From Bacteroidales bacterium (GTDB lineage Bacteria; Bacteroidota; Bacteroidia; Bacteroidales; GWF2-35-48): a stretch of 33,929 nt of DNA. The DNA lies in the NCBI GenBank assembly GCA_036171035.1, contig JAVHQG010000317.1, positions 1-33,929 on the forward strand, given 5' to 3'. The translations under genes were made by a program, and so were the position numbers. This document shows, in pieces, positions 1 through 6,658 of this stretch. The first letter of the stretch is position 1. Each line of letters starts with the position of its first letter. Below the pieces are notes generated by a model. The model ran no database searches. It saw only the letters and a program-made list of their open reading frames with translations, and had not been told where the DNA came from.

Positions 1-37
1 TTATTTTAATTATCTGGTTGTCAGATGTTATTTTTTA

Positions 38-162
38 GCTTGGCGGTAACGGACGGTCCTCGTGCAGGCTTACGTTTGGAGTACATTAGACCTATGCGCA
101 TAGGCGAAGCCTTAGCGTTTAAATAAGCGGAAAATGAAGCTTGCACGATGTTGCCAACTGGC
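38..162 (-). mobile_element. attC-like cassette recombination site (complete, imperfect palindrome)
   Basis: Read in gene direction: GCCAGTTGGCAAC...GTTACCGCCAAGC. A 12-bp stem (60-71 TCGTGCAGGCTT with 137-148 AAGCTTGCACGA) has one G.T pair on the + strand, and there is a central perfect palindrome CCTATGCGCATAGG (91-104). Lies about 100 nt downstream of the antitoxin stop. Confidence 0.65.
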
Positions 163-261
163 GCTTTGTAATCGACTATTTGAATTTTATAAAAAGTAGC
201 AATATGTAGTCTTAAAAACTCAACTACATAATTGGAGATTAAATTATCAGTATTGAATATT

Positions 262-537
262 TTACAGGGTAATCTGAATCCTATTATCAGTATAATTATG
301 AATTAAAACACTTATTAGAGATTGATAAGAAAGTCCCACTTCTATAGCCTTAACTTTTAATTTTACAATTTCCTTTTCAGTTAATTTAATACTTATTTGT
401 TTTGTTCTAGCAAAAGTATTCAGAGCTGACTTTTTCCCAATAAGAATTTCGTCCTTCGCATCTTTACTTTTCTTAAGCAACCCTGTTTCAAACGCTGATA
501 ATATTTCATTTTCTTCTTCAGAATATTTCTTTTTCAT
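262..537 (-). CDS. CopG/BrnA-like antitoxin (ribbon-helix-helix C-terminus)
   Basis: 91 aa. C-terminal ISIKL...LKVKAIEVGLSYQSLISVLIH resembles RHH antitoxins (G-x-x-YQ-S/T-LI). Starts 2 nt after the toxin stop. Confidence 0.8.
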   Translation of the reverse strand: MKKKYSEEENEILSAFETGLLKKSKDAKDEILIGKKSALNTFARTKQISIKLTEKEIVKLKVKAIEVGLSYQSLISVLIHNYTDNRIQITL

Positions 538-539
538 AA

Positions 540-815
540 TTAATCCTCCTTTAAATATTTTTTTGTTGCTTTTCTACTTGGTATAATAGTTTTTAAAAAA
601 AATTCCGTTTCTGTTTCAATAAATGGAATAAGATAAATATACTCATTATAACTAACTGCATAAATCTTTTGTCCTGGATATTTGCTCTGATTCGGATGTT
701 CATAAACATCAATAATTGAATCATTACAAATTGCTAAAACAATTTCTTCAAAAGAAATATTTCGGGTTTTCTTTAACTCTTCATTTTTATCAGTATTCCA
801 ATTATAGTATTTCAT
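540..815 (-). CDS. BrnT-like type II toxin (putative ribonuclease)
   Basis: 91 aa. N-terminal W-N-x-x-K-N-x-x-L-K-x-x-R-x-I-S-F-E-E and C-terminal LKTIIPSRKATK. Toxin-before-antitoxin order as in brnTA. Confidence 0.8.
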   Translation of the reverse strand: MKYYNWNTDKNEELKKTRNISFEEIVLAICNDSIIDVYEHPNQSKYPGQKIYAVSYNEYIYLIPFIETETEFFLKTIIPSRKATKKYLKED

Positions 816-857
816 CTATTATGTTATTACTAACATTTCTCACTTCATTTTTATATT

Positions 858-904
858 AATCCCGAAGGGATTTAATTTGAATAACCACTGGTAAAACCAG
901 TGGT
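858..904. repeat. REP-like tandem hairpins
   Basis: AATCCC-GAA-GGGATT (858-872) and ACCACTGGT-AAA-ACCAGTGGT (884-904): both perfect stems with 3-nt loops, GC-rich against an AT-rich background. Confidence 0.55.
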
Positions 905-941
905 ACAAAACGCAAGATATAACTAGTTCTTGTAAGAAAAC

Positions 942-1042
942 TCAGTGTCAGATAAGAAAATGTCAAGAATGAGGCTTTTGTAAATGACTGTTTTCAAAAC
1001 GAGAGTAACGAAATTATTGGCGTTTTCTTGCTGACACTAAAT
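942..1042 (-). mobile_element. MITE-like small element, short copy
   Basis: Imperfect terminal inverted repeats AGTGTCAGATAAGAAAATG (944-962) and CGTTTTCTTGCTGACACT (1021-1038). Blocks 1006-1042 (37 nt) and 975-1000 (26 nt) are exact reverse complements of 33421-33457 and 33502-33527. Confidence 0.7.
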
Positions 1043-1048
1043 AGAATA

Positions 1049-1082
1049 CAAATTTAATAGAATTTCAGCATAAAAAAGCAAA
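1049..1082 (-). promoter_or_regulatory. Bacteroidota sigma-A-type promoter facing the TA pair
   Basis: Minus strand TTTG (1079-1082), N22, TAAATTTG (1049-1056). Spacer slightly longer than the usual 19-21 nt. Confidence 0.45.
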
Positions 1083-1254
1083 CTTTTTCTATTATTAATC
1101 CAATAAAACTATTGTCATTCATTAAACAGATTTGTATTACATAATTTTTTTTGCCTATTATATTGATACTTTATATATATGGCTGTTTATCTACAAGTTA
1201 TATCTAATATTTTTCAGTAATTATTAAAATATCAAAAGAATTGTGCTACACGCA

Positions 1255-1269
1255 ATGTTATGCACTGGC
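1255..1269 (-). mobile_element. attC-like proximal half-site (R''-type box), apparently truncated site
   Basis: Minus strand GCCAGTGCATAACAT, 11/15 identical and in register with GCCAGTTGGCAACAT at 148-162. Lies 34 nt after the ATPase stop. No partner stem found by eye. Confidence 0.6.
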
Positions 1270-1303
1270 AATTTTCAATAACATTATTATTATTAATTTG
1301 TAT

Positions 1304-2506
1304 TTACTTTAATAACCAATCAACAACATTTAATTTTTGAATGCCATCAATATTTGTATTATCAAAATCCATTGTTAAGAGATATTTTGGATAATTGTCT
1401 TTTATATTTTTAAATGCCGAAATCTCTCTTTTGAATGTATTTTCGTCATTAACAGTAAAGGCAACCTGATAATATTCACGTTCATTATTTGTCTTTTGGA
1501 CTACAAAGTCAATCTCTTTATCATTGTGTTTCCCGACATAAACCTTACCTCCACGTCTATATAATTCAAAATAGATAACGTTTTCAAGCTTATGCCCTAA
1601 ATCTGTATCGTATTTATTTGTTGTATTAATATTTCTTAAACCTAAATCTACAACATAATATTTTTCATTTGTTGATAGTAATTCTCTGCCCTTTATGTCA
1701 TAGCGTGGAGCTGCATACAGAATATATGATTGGGTAAAATAATCTAAATATTTAATTATCGTGTTATGTGATAGTTTCTTTTGTGATTTCTTATTAAGTT
1801 CTGCTGCAATATTAGTTGGAGAAACATAAGACCCTACAGAATCAAATAAAAAGCTAATAATACGATGAAGATTGGAAATATTTCTCAATTTATATCGTTG
1901 AGCAATGTCTTTAATAACAACTGTGTCATAAATGGATTGAAGATAATCCTTAACAAGTTCTTCATTTTTTTGAGAAAGAGTTACAGCTTCAGGAAAACTA
2001 CTCTCATTGATATATTTGCGAAAAAGGCGATCTGTGTTTTTTTCTTTTTTATTAGCTAAAACATATTCTTTAAATGAATATGGTTGAATATTAATTGCAA
2101 TATATCTACCTGTCAAAAGTGTAGCTAACTCGCTTGATAATAAAAATGCATTAGAACCGGTTATGTACAAATCAATATTCTTTTTCCTAAATAAACTATT
2201 AATGAGTTTTTCAAAATCATTAATCAGTTGTACTTCATCTATAAAGATATAATATTTTTTGCTGGTTTTTACTTTTTTTATGATTTCATCATATAATGCA
2301 GTCCAGCTAGTAAAATTTATGTTTTCTCGCTCCTCAAAATTTAGAAAAATTATATTTCTTGAAGAAATGCCATCAGATAATAATTCAGCTTTAAAGGCTT
2401 CTAAAAGTGTTGATTTTCCACTCCTTCTTATTCCAGTAATGACTTTTATTAAGTTTTGGTTTTTGAGTTGCCTTAATTTGTTTAAATAGATTTCTCGCTG
2501 TATCAT
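1304..2506 (-). CDS. AAA_14-family ATPase with C-terminal DUF4143 domain
   Basis: Walker A GIRRSGKS, Walker B FIDEVQ, ITGSNAFLLSSELATLLTGRY, KYYVVDLGLR, LENVIYFEL, EIDFV...YYQV. Confidence 0.9.
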   Translation of the reverse strand: MIQREIYLNKLRQLKNQNLIKVITGIRRSGKSTLLEAFKAELLSDGISSRNIIFLNFEERENINFTSWTALYDEIIKKVKTSKKYYIFIDEVQLINDFEKLINSLFRKKNIDLYITGSNAFLLSSELATLLTGRYIAINIQPYSFKEYVLANKKEKNTDRLFRKYINESSFPEAVTLSQKNEELVKDYLQSIYDTVVIKDIAQRYKLRNISNLHRIISFLFDSVGSYVSPTNIAAELNKKSQKKLSHNTIIKYLDYFTQSYILYAAPRYDIKGRELLSTNEKYYVVDLGLRNINTTNKYDTDLGHKLENVIYFELYRRGGKVYVGKHNDKEIDFVVQKTNNEREYYQVAFTVNDENTFKREISAFKNIKDNYPKYLLTMDFDNTNIDGIQKLNVVDWLLK

Positions 2507-2519
2507 AATTTTTTTTCGA

Positions 2520-2550
2520 CAAAGTTAATTATTATTGACGAAAAATCAAA
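2520..2550 (-). promoter_or_regulatory. Bacteroidota sigma-A-type promoter of the ATPase gene
   Basis: Minus strand TTTG (2547-2550), N19, TAACTTTG (2520-2527), just upstream of the ATG at 2506. Confidence 0.7.
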
Positions 2551-2580
2551 TTTTTATATATTTTGGTCATTATGGGATTT

Positions 2581-2593
2581 GCTTGTGCATAAC
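2581..2593 (-). mobile_element. R'-type core box, putative cassette entry junction
   Basis: Minus strand GTTATGCACAAGC, same frame as GTTACCGCCAAGC at 38-50 (9/13 identical). Its first 9 nt are the exact inverted repeat of 1257-1265. Confidence 0.6.
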
Positions 2594-2639
2594 TAATGGG
2601 TATGTTCATTTGAAGAAATTGTATTTTTTTACAAAAACA

Positions 2640-2669
2640 AAAAAGGCTATCCGAAAGGATAGCCTTTTT
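2640..2669 (-). terminator. Rho-independent terminator (potentially bidirectional)
   Basis: AAAAAGGCTATCC-GAAA-GGATAGCCTTTTT perfect stem, 18 nt downstream of the lipoprotein stop. Confidence 0.9.
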
Positions 2670-2687
2670 ACGTAAAGCTTTGAAAGC

Positions 2688-3413
2688 TTATTTTTTCATT
2701 TCAAATGTGTATGTAATATCATTTGAAGGAGAATCTGAATCAGTTCCGGTACTTGTTGATGATGTGCTTCCTGAAGTCCATGTGTTTGTTGAAGTTGAAC
2801 TACCAGTGCTTGAATTTATCCTTTTAAGGGTAAGTTCTTTATGAGAAAGTCTGTAAACATAATAGTCACCTGATTTGAAGAAAGAACCATTAGGGATTGT
2901 AACAACCAATTGATCTTTATGTTTGTTTGATTCTGTCCACATCCAATTTCCAACACCTGTATTTGTTCCATCTACTTTCCACGTAGTAATAGATGTACTT
3001 GTACCAGATTTGTCATTTAGAATTCCTTTTTCAGTAAATGCAATTGCTCCATGTTCCTGAAATTCGATTTCATGTGAAGCACTTGAATAAACTGATGTGT
3101 CACCAGTTGTTGTTGTTGTGCTACCTGATGTTTGACTCCTTACCCAACTTTCAGTATAAGTAGAACCATCAAATTTATAGGTCCATGTTCTCTTATCTGC
3201 AGAAGAAGTTGTTGTAGATCCTGAAGTGCTTGTTGAAGTTGTTGATGTAACTGATGTGCCTTCAACTGTTTTCAAAGCCCATTTTTGCATTAATCTGCCA
3301 TCTCTTGAACGTAAAGAAAGAAATGGATCTTTTTCGCCTTTTTTACAACCACTGAAAAAAGGGACAACTGTGGCAATTGCCAACAACATAATAACTACTT
3401 TCATTTTTCTCAT
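2688..3413 (-). CDS. Ser/Thr-rich putative lipoprotein of unknown function
   Basis: ATG at 3413 gives MRKMKVVIMLLAIATVVPFFSG-C (signal peptidase II pattern) followed by KKGEKDPFLSLRSR. Three TSGST-containing low-complexity stretches. Confidence 0.8.
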   Translation of the reverse strand: MRKMKVVIMLLAIATVVPFFSGCKKGEKDPFLSLRSRDGRLMQKWALKTVEGTSVTSTTSTSTSGSTTTSSADKRTWTYKFDGSTYTESWVRSQTSGSTTTTTGDTSVYSSASHEIEFQEHGAIAFTEKGILNDKSGTSTSITTWKVDGTNTGVGNWMWTESNKHKDQLVVTIPNGSFFKSGDYYVYRLSHKELTLKRINSSTGSSTSTNTWTSGSTSSTSTGTDSDSPSNDITYTFEMKK

Positions 3414-3476
3414 AAAACTAAATTTTAAATTAAACAATAAATTACATATTAAATTTCTGTAAGACTAAATTTGTGC

Positions 3477-3509
3477 CAAAATTATATAAATTTTTTATAT
3501 TTTTACAAA
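3477..3509 (-). promoter_or_regulatory. Bacteroidota sigma-A-type promoter of the lipoprotein gene
   Basis: Minus strand TTTG (3506-3509), N21, TAATTTTG (3477-3484). Confidence 0.55.
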
Positions 3510-3686
3510 AAAAAATGGAAAATGCCGTTGAAACACATGTTTACAATTAATGATCAGTATTTAATATATCAACAACATTTACAATTTTGAAATAACACCA
3601 AGCATACACATAACATACAAAACACCCTTATTCGATTTGTAAAAATATTTTTTTGTAATTTTCTATCCACTTAAAAAAATGAAAAA

Positions 3687-4142
3687 ATGAAGGAATTTAA
3701 TACTTTTCAAGACATACTTGATTTTGCAATAGACAACGAACAGGAAGCGGTTGAGTTTTATACAAAACTTGCAGAAATGGCAAAATCCGATGAGATGAAA
3801 AAAATCTTTACGGAATATGCCGGAGAAGAAATTTCACATAAAGCTAAACTTATTAATATTAAAGAAAGTGGGATAATTACTGTGTCAACAGAAAAAGTAA
3901 CAGATCTAAAAATTGCAGATTATTTGGTAACTACAAAAGCTTCATCAGATATTAGTTATCAGGATGCACTGATTTTGGCTATGAGTAAAGAAAAAGCAGC
4001 ATTTAAACTTTACACTGCATTGGCTAATCGCACTGATTCTAATGATTTAAAAAATCTTTTTCTATCATTAGCATCTGAAGAAAGTAAGCATAAACTGCAA
4101 TTTGAAATAGAATTTGATGAATATGTTTTACGTGAGAATTAG
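3687..4142 (+). CDS. Rubrerythrin/ferritin-like diiron protein (no rubredoxin domain)
   Basis: Two E-x6-Y...EExxH repeats: EQEAVEFY...EEISH and EKAAFKLY...EESKH. Confidence 0.9.
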   Translation: MKEFNTFQDILDFAIDNEQEAVEFYTKLAEMAKSDEMKKIFTEYAGEEISHKAKLINIKESGIITVSTEKVTDLKIADYLVTTKASSDISYQDALILAMSKEKAAFKLYTALANRTDSNDLKNLFLSLASEESKHKLQFEIEFDEYVLREN

Positions 4143-4154
4143 TCTTTTTCTTAC

Positions 4155-4730
4155 ATGGACAGTATTCTTATTTTAGATAATTACGATTCATTTACCTATA
4201 ATCTTTTACACTCGGTACAGAAATATACAACAGGGCAGGTTGTTGTTGCCAGAAACGATAAAATAACCATTGAAGAAGTTGGTAAATATAATCAGATAAT
4301 TTTATCTCCCGGGTCAGGTATTCCGGCAAATGCAGGCATTCTTGAAGAAGTAATCAGGTGTTATGCTCCAACTAAAAAAATATTAGGAATCTGTCTCGGT
4401 ATGCAGGCAATCGCAGAGGTTTTTGGGGCATCACTCACAAATCTTGAAAAAGTCTATCACGGCATTGCTACTCCGGTTAACATTACAGATGGTTCAGAAA
4501 TATTATTTAAAAATATTCCTTTACATTTTAATGCCGGTCGCTATCATTCCTGGGTTGTATCAAGAAATAATTTACCTAAATGTTTGAATATAACATGTGA
4601 AGATGTAAATAATAATATCATGGCTATTTCACATGCTACATATAATGTAAAAGGCGTGCAGTTTCATCCTGAATCAATTTTAACTGAACATGGTGATGCC
4701 ATCATCTCAAATTGGATTAGCCTGTTATAA
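4155..4730 (+). CDS. trpG: Anthranilate/aminodeoxychorismate synthase component II (class I glutamine amidotransferase)
   Basis: LDNYDSFTYNL, ILSPGSG, LGICLGMQAI (Cys nucleophile), RYHSW, GVQFHPES. Cannot be told from pabA by eye. Confidence 0.88.
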   Translation: MDSILILDNYDSFTYNLLHSVQKYTTGQVVVARNDKITIEEVGKYNQIILSPGSGIPANAGILEEVIRCYAPTKKILGICLGMQAIAEVFGASLTNLEKVYHGIATPVNITDGSEILFKNIPLHFNAGRYHSWVVSRNNLPKCLNITCEDVNNNIMAISHATYNVKGVQFHPESILTEHGDAIISNWISLL

Positions 4731-4876
4731 TACCACTTTTGCTATTCATATACCTTTCTCAAGTCTATAGAGCAATACAAACTATTCTACCCTCAAAAAA
4801 TACACTGATTTATGGATGAAATGTTTATTTTCGCATTTTTTATAAATTCCTTTGTTCGATTTAATAATTATTGGAT

Positions 4877-5587
4877 ATGAAAATTCGTGATGTAATCTTC
4901 TTTATTAGCTTAATTTCCCTATTTGTTCCTTTCTTCTTATTTCAAGATGTATTTAATTTTTATGACACATTCAATAAAGAACATCCACTCATCACCAGTT
5001 TTATTAAATTCGCTGTTCTTGCTACTTCAGGCGAGTGCATTGGCTTACGAATAAAAGCCGGTGTATATAATCAAAAAGGATTTGGTATTATTCCAAGAGC
5101 AATTGTGTGGGGATTTTTGGGTATAGCGATTCAAATGGCCTTTGTGATTTTCTCATCAGGAGTTCCTGTCTTTTTTACAAAAATTCTTGATTTACCATGG
5201 GCAATGGACTTCATGGATAAACAGAAAGTTGCAACAATGAGTTTTGGTTCTAAGCTATTGTTGGCATTTTCTATCAGTGCAGCTTTAAATCTGATTTTTG
5301 CTCCGGTAATGATGACTTTTCACAAAATCACCGACACACATATCATAAAGAATGGTGGCACTTTAGCCGGATTTTTCACGCCTATTCATTTTCATGAAAT
5401 TTTTAAAAACCTAAATTGGGAAGTACAATGGAACTTTGTTTTCAAGAGAACCATTCCATTTTTTTGGATTCCAATGCACACAATAACATTTATGCTCCCC
5501 TCTGAATATCGCATACTTTTTGCGGCACTATTAGGTATTGCTCTTGGTGTCATCTTAGCAGTTGCAAATCAAAGTGGGAAGAAATAG
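4877..5587 (+). CDS. Integral membrane protein, Mpv17/PMP22-like
   Basis: Several hydrophobic helices. C-terminal FFWIPMHTITFMLPSEYRILFA resembles the W-x-P-x-Q/H-x-I-N/T-F segment of Mpv17/PMP22 proteins. ATG at 4877 preferred to TTG at 4871. Confidence 0.7.
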   Translation: MKIRDVIFFISLISLFVPFFLFQDVFNFYDTFNKEHPLITSFIKFAVLATSGECIGLRIKAGVYNQKGFGIIPRAIVWGFLGIAIQMAFVIFSSGVPVFFTKILDLPWAMDFMDKQKVATMSFGSKLLLAFSISAALNLIFAPVMMTFHKITDTHIIKNGGTLAGFFTPIHFHEIFKNLNWEVQWNFVFKRTIPFFWIPMHTITFMLPSEYRILFAALLGIALGVILAVANQSGKK

Positions 5588-5612
5588 CTTTATCTTTATT
5601 AATAAAATATCA

Positions 5613-6653
5613 ATGAGAACATTTCAATGGATTATTTGTGTATTTCTAATGCTAAAGTTGAATTTGCTTTGCGTTCATGCAAGCAGTATGGGAGTCATTG
5701 CAGATTCTGCAAAGAAAGAAAAAACAGGGAAAGTTTTTGGTGCCATTTATGGAGGATTCTACAGTAATATTTTAACCAATTACACTGCACCAAAAACGGC
5801 ATTTGAAGTAAAAACAGGTATCATTGGATATCAAAATCAATTTGCCGAAAATGTTGATGCCACAATAATGCTTGATGTGAATAAGACGACACGCGACATC
5901 AAACAAAAATTTGATACAGCCACAATAACTTTTACCGAAGGGAATAACTACACATTTTATTTAAAACAGGCAGATATTCATTGGAAAATCAACTCAATGT
6001 TTGAATTAAGTTTAGGACAATTGCTCTCCTCTCAATTCCTGCTAACACAAGATAAATGGTGGAATCATCGTTATATGTATTACACCTTTCAAGAGACGTA
6101 TAAATACGGCTCTCCGGCAGATTTTGGCGCACGGGTAAAATGGATTCCTCTTAAAAAAATTGCAGTATCAATTTGCGCTATTAATGGCGATGGACCGGCT
6201 CGCTGGCAAGACAATGACTCAAGATTTGCGTATTCCGCAGACATTGAATATAGGAGTAAAGATAGTCTGGTTTTGCGAGTATATGCTGATTATCGCGAGC
6301 CTATTGGAATAGATAAAACACTAAAGCCACAATCAGTATTTAATGCTTTTGCCGGTTATATTTTTAAACAATTTAAATTTGGGGTTGAGGGCAGCTACGT
6401 ATATCAAGCTAACTTCACAAAAAAAGATGCCATTGGCACATCTGCATATGTGATTTATAAATTTCTGAAAAAATTTGAAGCTATTTGTCGCTACGACTAT
6501 TATCAAGATATCGCTACTTTTAATGAGAATCACTTCTTCCTTGCAGGCATACAATATGAGCCGGCTAAAAATTTTTTTCTTTCAATGAATTATCGTGAAC
6601 TTTGGCCTATTAAAACGGCTCAGATTTATGTGAATTTTGGTGCACGATTTTAA
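5613..6653 (+). CDS. Outer-membrane beta-barrel protein, porin-like
   Basis: ATG at 5613 gives a signal peptide. Alternating aromatic beta-strand pattern, LKQADIHW and ELSLGQ segments, terminal YVNFGARF (beta-signal ending in Phe). Confidence 0.75.
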   Translation: MRTFQWIICVFLMLKLNLLCVHASSMGVIADSAKKEKTGKVFGAIYGGFYSNILTNYTAPKTAFEVKTGIIGYQNQFAENVDATIMLDVNKTTRDIKQKFDTATITFTEGNNYTFYLKQADIHWKINSMFELSLGQLLSSQFLLTQDKWWNHRYMYYTFQETYKYGSPADFGARVKWIPLKKIAVSICAINGDGPARWQDNDSRFAYSADIEYRSKDSLVLRVYADYREPIGIDKTLKPQSVFNAFAGYIFKQFKFGVEGSYVYQANFTKKDAIGTSAYVIYKFLKKFEAICRYDYYQDIATFNENHFFLAGIQYEPAKNFFLSMNYRELWPIKTAQIYVNFGARF

Positions 6654-6658
6654 TTCTA

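Noticed and set aside
822-834. Minus-strand GTTAGTAATAACA just upstream of the toxin ATG as the TA cassette entry core
   Set aside because: Position fits, but complementarity to the core at 150-158 and the CAAGC tail are poor; not supportable as a feature.
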